Shown here piece by piece: positions 27,403 through 41,100 of a DNA stretch of 64,000 nt. Location: the NCBI GenBank assembly GCA_051294905.1, contig CM119372.1:13890001-13954000 (forward strand). Direction: 5' to 3'. Under the pieces are notes generated by a model that saw nothing but the letters and a program-made list of their open reading frames with translations, did not search any database and had not been told where the DNA came from. The stretch comes from Botryllus schlosseri. Taxonomy: Eukaryota. A program made the translations under genes and the position numbers. How positions within the stretch are numbered: the stretch's first letter is position 1; every line of letters starts with the position of its first letter.

Positions 27403-29645
27403 TAATAATAATAATAAAACGTTGATCTTTGCCCCCTAGGCTTCGCCCCCCAGACCCCCTCCGGTTATTCGTTTTTGCCGCGACTTATTACCGAGATTTG
27501 TTGTGCTGTTTAGTGAGACGACTGCATTCGGCTACACGAATGATTGAATCGGGCAATATGATATAGAATTGCATAATGCATATATATTGCTATCAATTTT
27601 TATCCTCTCTGCTCACGTAATCAGGTTTACCAGTAGTACTGAGTGAGGTGTCTTGGAAATTGTAGGCCCGTAAACAATAATTAAACATATTCGGGTGTAC
27701 CCGTTGGTATAATGACTTCGTCACATGATGTTATTTCGTGAACTCCTGTCTGCAATGTCAAAAGACATTGAAATCGCCCCAACTTACTAAACTAAAAGAC
27801 CCACACGATTTAAAATTGGTATTTCTTCACTTGCAATCAAGTTTTCCTTTCGGGATGGCATTTGTCTTGTGGGGTTCAGATTGTCAGGACAGAAACATTT
27901 GGCGTCAGTCTTATAGGCGCCTATGGACAATTAAACCTATCTTGAAGATTTCGGTCAGCATAAGGACAGGCCGTTTCGGCCAATGTTTTCTCGCTGGCGA
28001 TCGTTCTGGCACACTTCTTGGAGTCGCATGTTACATGGCCTAAAACTTTTATATGTCTTGGTGCGTTGTGGCGCGGCAATGGCCGATGCCGAGTTGCCTA
28101 TTTCTATAAATCATGCTTATTTTTTCTTGGGGGAAAAGCACCCAATAACCAAGATATTTGGCGACATTAAATCGCGCGCTACGCAAAAATTTTTGAAAAA
28201 AGTACTCAATAATTTATACTAATTCTCAGAATAATTTTGGGCCTCCTTCAAGCTCGCCCCCTCCCCAATTGGGGGGTTTCGAGGTGCGGCAGTTACGGTC
28301 CTGCATCTATTGACTGATGCCGATATTTCTTTTAAAGTGTGATATCGACTCGATGTCATCGGCAAACCAATGATAAATCGGTCCAGCTTTAGTCATAACT
28401 TTTCATGGTGGAACTTGCCGAATGTGCTATCCTCATCGTAATTTCATTTGCGATTTGCTATTGGCATTAAGGTAAACGTGACATTATAAAGCTAACGCTA
28501 ATGACTATTCCTAAATTAATGATATTATATTTCATCATGAAATACAGGGATGTGCGTTATAGTTCGCACCTAATAATAAATCTGTAGTTTATATCCGTAT
28601 AGGTGTATTACTGCATGTGTAAGTATATATAAATATATACATGTATCATTAGGTAGATAATCCAGAAATCATTTCATGCTATATATGATTGAACGGAGCT
28701 CTCTACTCATCTATATTTATATTTCTCCGAGCACTAGTCACTGTCGATTTATCTTGTCCATCTGTACTGAGTACTCAACTTACCTTACATGGATTACAAA
28801 TCGCAGTCTCGAAGTCGATCACAAGAATAAACATAGAATTCACGTACGTTTTGAATATAGCTTCGATTTCACATGGAATATTGGCCGCCCGGGATGTTTT
28901 AAATTGACTTGAAAGTATAGAACGATTCAAGTATGGGTATGAAAGATGAGAGGTATAGGGCATTAAATTTTTATTTCCGTATTGCATCGAGTGGTGGCGT
29001 TGTACGTCAGATCATTGAATTATTCACATTGGTCACTTTTGTGTCGGCAGTATATGTATACCTGAACAATTTCTGTATCTTATGAGAGCACGATGAAGGA
29101 ATAGCCTATAATAAGCAGTGTAGACCTGGCGCACGAAACTTTTCATGTGATAAGCGCCACTTCCACGTTTAAGTACCAATACACTAATAATAATATTATT
29201 AGTCAGAATTCCTGTTCTTACACTCGCTTGAGTATGCAATGGTGGCGGTGATAGATGAGGAATGCGATTGCGTGTGCTGTATCGTCACTACACACTTCAG
29301 CATGCACATTGCACATTCGATAGCTACATAGAATTATAGGAGCGTGCTAAATATAGATGCACGACTTACACGTATATATGCCTCAATATTCTTGTAGAAT
29401 TGCATCCTATAGCATGATGATTTTCTCCTTCTTCTGACGTCATGCGGATTTGAATAGGTTGCTATGCATAGGATTGAAAGGCTTCTTTACAGAGAAGTGA
29501 TTATTCTTGTCGGGTTATACTATTAATAAATCTGAATAAATGAGTAAATAGTTGATCGGTGAATTTAATAATATTTCATAAATCGAAAATAATTTATGAT
29601 AATGACATGATTGATATACCAAGTAATATACCGTATCCTCTGATT

Positions 29646-30545
29646 CGGGGGTGTCAAACTCAAATTACGTCGCGGGCCGGATTCCAATCTTCAAATCGCT
29701 CGCTGGCTGCACCAGTCAACTGATTCCAAAATGTTACTTCATGGCATTGTTATAACTATGATTATAATTATGAACTATAATACGCTATAATAGTGTATTA
29801 CAGTGTATCACGGTTCATCGGGGTCTTATTCCAGCTAGTATCGTAACCTGTATTCGCAAACAATAGAATTAGTAAAAATACGATGATTGGCCGGTTGAAT
29901 ACAGTTATGAACCTCTAAAACAATGGCAGTAACGACGATGTAAGTAGCCAATATTACTGTGATCCCTTAGCTTTAGTTATAATATGGCGTTAGCCCTGTG
30001 TATGCGTTGTGAGTAATACAATAGATTATCTGTAAACACGGGCGTTGGAATTCGGAACCTTCAATAAATCACGATTAGTGTGTCTCCAGATTCCGGGGAC
30101 CTTTCGAGTCGGAAGTGACACAGCAGTACGCCCACAGATACTTGAAATATTCAATGTAACTATTATATTCTCAATGCAAACTGCATATAACGTTTCCGCT
30201 TTGGCGTTTTCACTTCCGTGAATACCTACTTTTTGGTCCATTTTTCCATAAAACTCTGAACTAAATTTGCACTTTTTTGGCTTCTGGAAATTGGGTGTCA
30301 ACGTCCGCGACCTAATTGTTCCTAGTGGTAACTAGTGTGAAACCACAACAACGCAGTGGAGTGGTTATAATGCGGGCTACGAACATACTCGACATTTGCT
30401 GTCTTGAGGGATTATTTAATGGAAGTACTTCTTTCAGAGCATCACAACAAGTGTTACACTTACAGATGTGCTGGATAAGATAAGCATACTCAGAATTGCT
30501 TCGCGTGCCGGATGCGACCCGCGGGCCGCATGTTTGACACCCCTG
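29646..30545. mobile_element. hAT MITE, family A copy 2
   Basis: TIR C(G/A)GGGGTGTCAAAC; TSD ctctgatt/ctctaatt; matches 896-1741. Confidence 0.85.
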
Positions 30546-31403
30546 CTCTAATTTATCAAGAACGGCTGAAAGGAATTTCTGAAAAGAAAAATTGATGGAT
30601 TCATCGAGTCTTTCGCATCTTCGATGTATTTCATAACATCCCTAACATTCCAGTAGAAAATCAACTATATAGATACGAATTCATTAGCATTGATTTATCA
30701 ACAACAGGTGTTAATTACAACAAACGACAAATGCGAAAAATAGGGAGAGGCTCAATTTCTTAAGCGTATAATTTGCGTTGCTGTTTCGTCGGAATGTCGG
30801 AAGCTCGCTGAGGTCAAAACAGGAAACGCTCATGTTTGGCATGAGAGAAATTGGCCAATCGCTCACGCACACCCTCTCATTATTTTACAGTCATTGGCGC
30901 TAAATTATTTTGTGAGTGCTGACACTCGGAAGAAATATGCTGCGTGCGCAACCTGGATCGACCAGAGAGATAAATAAAGTCACGTAATAAAGAGGTAACC
31001 AGATGGAGAAAGCTACAGGTACCCGTTACTACATATATCTTTCACATCGCCGTGTGTCGTGAATTTTGTCTCATCACGTGATCTGGTTGTGTTGTAATAG
31101 GGGCAACGGAGCCTTATCAAGCTGCAGGCAGAGTCACGACACTCTTCTGTTTGATAACACTGGCTATCGACAAAATGTTACGTCACATAGCAGAATTGTG
31201 ATACTGGTTGTCTCGGATGTCGAATTTGTATCGTGCAATTAACCTCATTGTGAAAAAGCATGCTCAGAATCCGCCTGAAAAAGTGACCGGTAATATAATT
31301 ATGAATATGACGAGGTCAGTGGTGACTGGTGTCTGTGGCCCGATTATGTAGATGTGATCACCGCACGTGTCCCATGAAGAGCAGTTTATTTTGAATCGGC
31401 GCG

Positions 31404-31412
31404 CATATAAGA
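31404..31412 (+). promoter_or_regulatory. TATA box of IL-17 paralog 2
   Basis: GCATATAAGA ~60 nt upstream of ATG 31468. Confidence 0.5.
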
Positions 31413-31467
31413 ATGGAAAAACTTCGATCACATCAAAACAGTTACGGAAGCGGAAAGCCTTGCAAGG

Positions 31468-34400
31468 ATGGTGTATTTTGCTTCAGCGCGAAATCCTTTT
31501 ATAATTAAGATAATATTGATATCGTTTACGATGTCGGTTTACAGCCGGAGCGTTCCGCTGAAAGATTTAATACGCTTGGAATATGACTGCAAAGGATTAT
31601 CGGGGGGATCCGTATACGAAACGGCTGAGCTTGGGTATGTGGAATAGAAGTTGAAAATGTGTCGTCGCCGCACGCTACTAATGATGGAAACCACCGTCCA
31701 CTGTTCCGCTATGATGGCCTTGAATGTATAGTCCTATTCTTGCAGTGGCGGAGTGATCGCCCCGGATGCTCACCTTTGATTGGGCAATAGCTACATATGA
31801 ATAATTTAATACATCTCTACCGTATATCGTTAGCAATATTTCCAGAACGCTTTTTTTCAAAACAATAGGGGTCGGGCATTCACGATTTAGTGCAGGGTGG
31901 TAACAGGGATTTCTAGAAATCCCTGACTGGTAATATGCCCCGATGAATGCGTACTGCTATCATTAAATATATCTCATTGAAATATTCTGCAATGCACCTT
32001 TGATCTAGTACAGTGGTTCTCAACCGGGGGTCCGCGAAGCATTTCCAAGGGGTCCGCGAAGCCTCTAAATTTGCGAAATGGTTAATAACCTAATTTTGAT
32101 TTTTTCCATTTAAGCGGAATCACGAGGCTGTTTGTGGTTCATTACGGCTACAAATTCATGACTCACATCAACAGAATGGCCGTCTAGATAAAATATTCTA
32201 CTGCGAAAACTCATTTTAATTGCCAATAGCCTACTGATACAAACATATTGATTTTTGGAGATGTTTTGTTGGGAATTGTGGAAAAAATAGAAGTTGGAGT
32301 AGTAAGGTCGAGAAGGGTAACAGCTGACTTCGAAATGTTTTTAAAAATTCGTTATCACCTTAAATATACATAACCGCTATTCCATAAAAACTTCAAGATG
32401 AATTTCTAGATAGAAAAGACTAGGCTGGACGTTATATTTTCGTTAAAAAATCTGTTTCTCTATTTTGGTGCTATTTCCATATATGTTGCGACCATCCAAA
32501 GGTATCATTGAAAGCGTTTTCCGTTATTATTACATTCGCCACCGCCTATCTTTGTGGAGTTGTGGAGTTTCAAGACATGACCACGTATTAAAGAAATGCA
32601 GCTGCAGAATGAGCTTTCAAATAATATAACTCCACCCAATTTCTAAATAAATAGTATGATGTTATTATCAAGAAAAGTCATTATGTTGCTGTTTATAACA
32701 GCCGGTACAGTTATATTTGCACAGGAAAGATGACGGTTGCGCGATAATAGGGCTAAATTCGAAGAAAAAAACGTGGGGGACGCGGGGGTCCATGAGGGTT
32801 CACAGGGGGTCCGCGAAGACAAAAAGGTTTGGAACCACTGATCTAGTACGATTGCGAGTACAAATATAGATTGCTCATATTAAATAGATATCAGAATGAA
32901 GGTGATGTAAACGAGGCAGCAAAAACGAAATATTCCAATTCGCAGCAAAGAGTGCCACATGCTGATGGCCACTAACATCATGCGAGAGACTCGCCAGTAT
33001 ATCGAGACGGCGTCAGATGAGGAGCTCGAGCGTGCAAGAGTAGAATATTCGGAGTCTAAAACGTCCAACAGCAGCCGCGCGAAAAGATCACCGAAAGCCT
33101 GTCCGATTCTGCATGAGGCCCATTTGAGCGAGCATGACGAAATGAATGGAATGAGGAGCATGTCGCCGTACGACAGCAAACTGGATTTCAATCCTCGCAG
33201 GTAGACAAAATTTATCGAGCTATTCTTTTGGTAAATCTCTGTATGGTATGGTGAGCCAACTTCTACGTTCATTTTGCGCCAGGCCCGTAACTTTGCTTCC
33301 TAATCTTGATCTGCTAATTTGTAGCACAGGCCATTTATGATTTTGTAAGCCTTCCCACTGTTACACACCGTACGCAGCTCAGGTAACGATGGAGACCCCA
33401 AAGATAAAATAAAAAAAATCAGACACTGGAGCAGCGATTACACGCCATTTTTACCCGAACCGATTATATTATTACAGTTACGGGCATCTTATTTTTTCTT
33501 ACGGCACAAATCACCATTCTAATGACAGAAAAAATAGGTTTGTATTCCAATCTTTCGATGAGATATCGTCTTATAATTTGCTCACAAACGTCAGGGCAGT
33601 GTCGATGTCTATACAGTTCTCATAAAACAGTGGTTATAGACATGGAAACTATTATATTGATAACATTGTTTCGGATCTTCATGTCTACATAACATTCAAA
33701 TATCCAGTTAACTTGATGTCGTTCGATTCTTAATCCATGTCTGGTAATAGTGCGAAAGTATGTAGGCTAGTGTCATAAAAGTTGTGGTCGTGAAAACTTT
33801 TATTCCCAATTCCAATCCATACCAACCAGACCTGGCATTGTTCCAATATCATTAAGCTAATGTATTATGGTGGTTGCCCGACATATGAGCATGCGACACA
33901 TTGGAAAACGACAGTTCAGCATGGAACACATCAGCATGCGTCACTTCAGCATGAGACTGTATAACCCAAAAACTTACCCTAACCCGAAACATAGCCTAAC
34001 CTAACCTAACCTAGCCTAACCTAACCTAAACCCTAACCCTAACCCAACCATAAACCTAACCTAACCTACCCCTAACCCGTAATTTAACCCACATGCTCAT
34101 GTGTCGCATGCCAAATTGTCGCATGCCAAAGCGTCGCATGCTGTAATGTCGCATGCTCATATGTCCACGGACCATTATGGTCTGTGTTAATAAAATTGCA
34201 TTCTGAATTCATTCGCATTTCTGCTAAATAGAACTTTTGTTCGTGAAAGTGAAACTGCGAACTGTAGAAACGAAAAACGAGAGACTGCAGTTGGACATTG
34301 CATCTCAATTCACGGGGTATTTTGAATTGGTGAAAAACTTCGATAAAATAACTATATGACTATGGCAAAACGTGGTCGCAATTAGCACAAAAAAGACAAT

Positions 34401-34719
34401 ACGGTTATATTTAATATGTTTTCCCTGGCATATTTCAACAAAGTATTCTTTTGCTTTTTATGTAAACCTTTATCAAGTTCGACATTGCATTCATTGCATT
34501 TATAGGTATCCGAAATACGTTCTACAGCATTACTGCCTATGCGACGGCTGTATAGACCCTCACACTAGACAGGAAAGGACAGATCTCTCGTCATTTCTCG
34601 TTACCGCTGCGATGAGAGTCTTCGTCAAGAAAAAAATACGTTCTGGTTATCGTCCGGCAAATCTCAAGGTCAATGTGGGCTGCACGTGTGTGGTTCCTTC
34701 TATAATAAATCACGCATGA
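31468..34719 (+). CDS. IL17: Interleukin-17 family cytokine, paralog 2 (3 coding exons: 31468-31634, 32946-33200, 34506-34719; 211 aa)
   Basis: Junctions GG|GTATGT..TCGCAG|C and AG|GTAGAC..TTATAG|G give a 636-nt frame. Signal-like FIIKIILISFTMSVYS and motifs CP..RSMSPY..NPRRYP..CLCDGC..CTCVVP. Intron positions and phases match paralog 1, and exon 2 is again 255 nt. Exon 1 is absent from the ORF track. Confidence 0.92.
31904..31925. mobile_element. 22-bp perfect palindrome micro-element in IL-17 paralog 2 intron 1
   Basis: CAGGGATTTCTAGAAATCCCTG, flanks ggtggtaa/actggtaa; 21/22 identical to 3487-3508. Confidence 0.65.
32011..32840. mobile_element. Charlie/Buster-type MITE in IL-17 paralog 2 intron 1
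   Basis: TIR CAGTGGTTC; perfect TSD atctagta; GGGGTCCGCG subterminal repeats; ends related to 46645-47566. Confidence 0.85.
33872..34173. mobile_element. MITE with a telomere-like (CCTAA/CCCTAA) core in IL-17 paralog 2 intron 2
   Basis: TIR GGTnnnnnGACATATGAGCATGCGACA; perfect TSD attatggt; ~15-bp subterminal tandem units. Confidence 0.78.
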
Positions 34720-34948
34720 TTTATTCGCATACTAAATACCTCTACGTGCGCGATTATGAGTTGGGGGAAATTTCAAAATATCGCTGTGCTTCGTTAGACG
34801 TGAAATTATTTTTTGATGTATACGCACATTTACTTGAGTGTGTAACATAGCTTTAATTTTAGCTGAAATTTTAGAATTTGTATTTTTGTCTATGCTTTTA
34901 GAATATATTCCTATACCTTCACTAATTTGCTAATACCACTGGACGTAT

Positions 34949-34954
34949 AATAAA
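34949..34954 (+). terminator. Candidate polyA signal of IL-17 paralog 2
   Basis: AATAAA ~230 nt after the stop codon. Confidence 0.45.
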
Positions 34955-35375
34955 TCATGTTTCACTCCGTTATGACAATGACTGATAAAGAGCGTTATGG
35001 GATATTCAATACAGCCACATCCTGTATAGGTATATACAATTATCTGCATGATGAATTAATTTGAAGACTGAGCGTAAACGGACCCGGTCATAGAGACTGG
35101 TAAAATCCACAGGCTGGGGCAACTTCATGGATCTCTCACCGAACGCGATGTCGTAGCGTTGAACTTTTGTCAACAAGTTTCCTACCAACGACCACGCGAA
35201 CTTAGTTATTATTGTGTTGGTACAGCATGGAAGGTGCGGAGGAATAGACACTAGTACGTAACCCTGTCTTAAACGGAACAAAAATATCTTCAACCAGGTC
35301 TACATCGTTGTGCAGCATTTCTACGGTCGACGGTCAACATCATCAGAATATCCATTCCTACCAATGATCAATAAA

Positions 35376-35893
35376 TAGGGCCGGGCACAATGATTCGAGT
35401 AGTCGAATCTGAATCGAGCATAAATGTTAATGATTCGAGTCGAGTGAGTAGTAACAGACTTTTTCGAGTACTGAAATTCTGCGCTACTCGCCACTGAAAG
35501 ATAATTTATCAGTCTGAATTATAGTTTCGAATCTAATTTTCACTGTTGAAGCCTTGGAACCTTGATTGGCGGTATCGTAGCATACGAAACATCTAGTACA
35601 AAGCCACGAAGGTTACTGGACGTAGCACATTTCCAAAAGTTATCATTATCCCACAACATTGTCACCAAGTGAAATGACTTCGGCATGGTCAAAAAATTAC
35701 CAAAGTATCATTTATGAGATGGATAATAGGCATTATATTCTTTGCGTTGGCATATACGGTACATAGTTCAACTTTGGCTAGTACATAATGTTATGACGTC
35801 ATAATGAGTGATACTCGATTACTCGACTCGACTCGAAGCATACTACTTGATTCAGAATCGAATCACTCAGGTACTAGATTTTGCCTAGCCCTA
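35376..35893. mobile_element. hAT MITE nested in a family B remnant
   Basis: TIR TAGGGC(C/T)(G/A)GGCA; perfect TSD tcaataaa. Confidence 0.82.
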
Positions 35894-36686
35894 TCAATAA
35901 ATACGTGCTATGACTGTGGAACCAACGACAATTTCTAGGGTTCCAACCATCACATATCCGGCATATCGTATACGTCGACTATATCGGACGCAAATCTTCT
36001 GTAGGCTCATACTACATGTTTTTTCGAAAGTATTTACACAATTATGGCATATTTATACAACTTTGAAATAAAAAACAACAACAATTATTTTAATAACATT
36101 TTTTAAAACACTGTTTAATCCATGTTTTAAGCACCATTGTTTTAAAATATAATGAAACCCTAGATAGGGATGATCGATAAGACCTTCGAGGTTAAATATA
36201 GTCTGATCATACCCAGATCAACCAAGTACATTGTTTCTACATGAAAAAAGAAACAAAGTCAATAATAATAGTAGCCCATAAATGCCAATTAGATCACGCC
36301 TTTGCGACGTCAGAGGCAAAACTATTGGTCGAAATGATTAGAGATTAGTAACCACTATCACAATTTTAGTAATTATAATACTAGATTAGTAACATGATAA
36401 TGCCCTCAAATTTCAAAGCTTCAATTCGCCTGAGTCGATCGACTGGGTGATGTGGTGCGATTTAGCGTTGTTTCTTGAGAGTCGTGTTTTGCATGGGCAA
36501 TTCATTGATATTGGTCACTCGAAATCAAATAGATAATTTTGTGGTGTTGCGCCAATATGTAAATGCATATAATCAAAATTATCTATATTTCATTGTTATT
36601 CAGTTCGCTCGCAGACAATTTAGACACCCTGGCTAGTTGGTCATTGAAGTTGTTATCGGTGGTCAGGGAATCGGTTATATTATAAC

Positions 36687-38152
36687 CAGAGGTGGTCAGT
36701 AACGAAGTACTTCTACTTTTTTCGAAGTACTCAAGTAGTTTTCCTCTACTTCTGCTACTTACTCAAGTAGATTTGAATTTCACTACTTCTACTTCTACTT
36801 CATAATATTTTGTGATCTACTTACTTACTTTTCGCTATATTCAGTTTGTCAAGTAGAAGTAGTTTAGTCCTCTAATCAGGAAGATAGCCTGAGAAATGTC
36901 GGGGCTATTTTCACGGAGTATCGACACTTAGTTTTCATAAATTTGAGTTAAGCCCAGAATTTTCGTCGCGCTTCGCGCGCAGTGAATACGGAGTAACCAG
37001 TATGATTTCACGAAAGTATCGGTGAATATTATTTAGGTAGCGAGTTGGCGTGTTTCCGTTCACACCGCATTGTCACCCATCGCCATATGTCATATTTCAT
37101 CAGTGGATACGGAGTGGATACGCAGTGGAGTGGACGCGCAGTGGAGTGGATACGGAGTGGATACGCAGTGGATACGGAGTGACCAGTATGACTTCACGAA
37201 AGTATCGATGAATGTAATTTAGGTAGCGGGTTGGCGTGGTTCCGTTCACACCACATTGTAGCCCTTCGCCCACATGAAATAATTCATCACAGTATATATG
37301 GCTTATCATAACGTTTGAAACTGATGTTTCGCAATCTAGCATTTACTCATCATATTGTAATCAAGCTGTTCATGGCGTGTCCTAATCTGGACTCTGACTT
37401 TTTATAGTTTTAGAGCTGTTTTAGCATACCAACCTTCGAAACTTTCTGGACTAAAGACATTAAATACATGCTCCGTTTTTAGATTTAGACTTCACTTTCA
37501 ATTCCCAGTACCATATATTTTGATTTCTAATTTATATCAGTTCTTTTGTCTGGATAACGTACATGTTGAAGTGTAAAATCAAGTGTGGTTATGTCTTCAA
37601 TTTCCAGAAATAAAGCTACACAATATAGCATTTTACGGTCCACCACATTTTTTATTAACGTTTGCTAATCGCACAAAGTGTTTACATCGTATGAAACACA
37701 ACATCTCCATATTGCTCTTCGACTAAACTACAGGCCTTAAAATATGGGGGAGTGGGCAGTACCATGATATTTTCTAAAACGCGCTGTTTGAGTAAACAGA
37801 GTATAGTATCACGTTTCCATATTAATACTATCATTTTCATCCCATGATGAGGACGAATGCTTATCGAAAATTGGAGACCTGCTGGCTGCTGGTATGCATC
37901 AATATGAATCTAGGTCGTCACCTTTCGCATAGCTCAATTTGCACCTTTTTACAATCCATGCGAACGAATTACGATCGTTTTCACAACTACTTACTCACTT
38001 GAGTACTTTTAAAGTCAGTCAATTCTACTTCTACTTCAAGTAGTTTTAGGATGCTCATGGAAGAAGTACTTCTACTCGTACTTGAGTAGATTTTTTCGTC
38101 GCTACTTCTACTTCTACTTGAGTAGCTTTCTTGACTACTTTGACCACCTCTG
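36687..38152 (-). mobile_element. hAT-like element family E copy 2, with an internal duplication and a GAGTGGATACGCAGTG minisatellite at ~37101-37180
   Basis: TIR CAGAGGTGGTCA; perfect TSD attataac. Confidence 0.88.
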
Positions 38153-41100
38153 ATTATAACTGATCTTAATCGAACGCTACCGTCCGATCTGGCCAGAGCA
38201 TACCGAGAGTCCGGAATAAAATCCCTCTCAAATTTGGAAATCGGCATTGTTACGAACGAACGCAATGATAACAATGTGTTAAGTAATAAGATGAAGTCGA
38301 CATTTTAGCAGGATTTGCTGCGTTGAGACTACAAATGTACTATATGAACTATTTTATTTCCAATAACAGGGGCTGAAAATAGTTTATTTTATTATTATGA
38401 CTATAATTGGTAACTTTCAGTTTCATGTTTTATATCTATCTTCATAGTAATTTGAGTCTGTATTTTTATTTTTTGATCGTTCGTATATCTGGGATTTTTC
38501 GAAATAACCCGAAGAGATCCCAGATCAATCATGTCAAATTGACTTTCGGTTTAAGTCTTATGCGAAATGGTATTGTCATTTTTCTAGCTGCGTACAGCTC
38601 AACCTATATCTCTATCTTGCGTATAGGCCTATCATTATAACGTAAAATCCTCAATATTCAAAGTTTTACCTTTTATAGTACAAAATATAAATCATATGCA
38701 CAAATTCTAAGCAATCGAGGACGAAAGAAATTTAATGAGCCACTATGCACTTCTCTTGGGTGAACTGCATCTGCACCATATTTCAGTGCATTTTTGTCAT
38801 TTTCACAACGCTGGGCATATATATAAAATTGGATATATGAGTGGCGTGATCACGTCCCAAACCAAGACGTGGACGAGGTTTATGGTTCGCAGTATTCCAT
38901 GAAGACCAGAATGCTCATTACTCATAAATGTCTCAGACTATTAGAGCTCTACCCCAATCCAGTGATAATACACGTGGGGTGCCACCCAAATACAGATACC
39001 ATGCGCACGTTGGGCTGTCAGCTTGAACTAATCCTCAATCGCAATGTTCTTTTTGGTTGGTGTTGATCAATGCGTATCCACTATCCATACACTATCCATA
39101 GTTCGTTACGCCTGGACAACTGATTGAGGTAGGGCCTACCACATGTACATAGGATGTCGTACCAGTTTGTGTAAATTGGAGAAAAGTTCAGGTATTTCCG
39201 TTCCATTCTTTTATTCCCGCAAACACTAAAATATCACTGACAGACATATTTCAATTCAGGCTTTTCAACTATCAACTATCATCAGGAGAGAACGTCGGTA
39301 ATTGCGGTAAAACAAATTCGAAATATGTAAATATTTTTTGTCTGTGAGATGACATGACTATATGAAGAGAATAGCGAACGGGATATGACAGCCCACATTA
39401 TCAATAACGGGCATCGGGGCCTGTAATGTGTGCTACGTAGGCCGAACGACCACGGATTAGGTTGTAAAATAACCTATAGAGTCAGCACAACAAAAATGAA
39501 ATATTCCTGGGATCTTATGTCATGTGCCATTTTTGGCTGTCAAGCAGGATTTGAAGTTGGCCATGAAATATTCTCATAACGAAAGTGGTCCACAACTTTG
39601 ACAAGGTTCAGAATCCCTGCCATAGCCATGATTCCTGTATGCAGTTCTCTTATGATGCCTGGAATGATATTGTCGTAACTTGTCATCTAGAATTTTTTGA
39701 AATTCCCCCTATAAACGCCGAACAACACCTGATATCAATGTATCTATATATTTAGGTATGATTTGATAATACGAACATAACCCAACCAGTGTAAACAAAC
39801 TACGCGCTGGCGAAAAACAATAAGTGAGATATGTAGAATGTAGAATTGTAGATAGTATGTTGCGTAGGAATACTTACTGCTTACGTTACTTTCTGAAAAA
39901 GTGTAGTCAGCGTTATAGTAATCAGTTGCCCCCTCGCAAACGATAAAGTTATTTGGGAGAAAATCCTCGTCGACGTGTAATCGAATATTAAGGAAAGCCT
40001 CTTCTGTTCTCCCAATGGATCATGTCATACTTATCACAACTCAATCGTGACATAAGAAAAATTTTGAGCAAATATGACTCAAATTTTGTATGATGACGAG
40101 CGTCTCTAAATGTAAATAACAGCCGATCCGCAAAGTGTACGGATGTATATTGTTAATATGATATTAGGTCATACGTACATGAAGTTTTCGGCCTCAGTTC
40201 CGTTGTTGTATTAAAAATGTGTCATCATTGATGACTTATGAATTCGCTTAAGCCGAACGAACTTCGTGACAGCAACGTAAATCTGCTATAATTCACAAAA
40301 TTCCATGATTTCAGCGGATTACTATTGAAGGGACTATCCGAGGTTTGTAGGCCCGGGAAAGGAAATGCATCCAGGGATGGTGCGAACCCCTGAAAGTTTC
40401 AGGTTCCCGTGAACGCGAACCTTTTTGAAAGGTTCTGTGTGAACGCGAACGTGAACCTATGACGTCACGTGACGTCATATTGCCATTTCCAACCCTCAGT
40501 ACTACCTAGCGACGACTCTGGCCACATTATGCCGAAGTACATGCTGACTTTTTAAACTTCACCAAATGTATCAGGTATACCACGTATATATGTCAATACG
40601 TCATACTATAAGGTTCGGGTATAATAGAAACATGCAGCTCTTTGGCGATAACTTCCGACAGAAGCGTGGGATATGGTATAAGGGATATGTAACTGACAAA
40701 TTATCACTGTGGCGACATTTTTCAGCTTTTTTGCTTTTATGAAACGAAAAATTGAGATTACCTAATTTGACGATACTGATTCCGAATTTGCCGTCAGAAT
40801 TCATATATCATGTCACAATTTTATCGAATAAAAATTTTACGCAAAAGCGCGCTTATGCACATTTAGGCCCGTATATGATACAAGGCTCTCAACTTACTTC
40901 ATTGCCGGTTTTATTATCTTAAACTAATCCCACCAAATAATCAGAATCCTTAGTATTTCCAAGAAATTTCAAAGACTACTCCAATTCGGTTCGTCGCCTT
41001 CCTATCTTTTCATTGTATCGCAGTCTTGTGATGTTTTGAAGGGAAGAAAATATTATTAAATTGATACTGATATCAAAAACTAGGCCTAGAATACTTACTT

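Noticed and set aside
34084..34308. ORF with HATLW/HATIW peptide repeats
   Set aside because: Translation of the 15-bp subterminal repeats of the MITE at 33872-34173.
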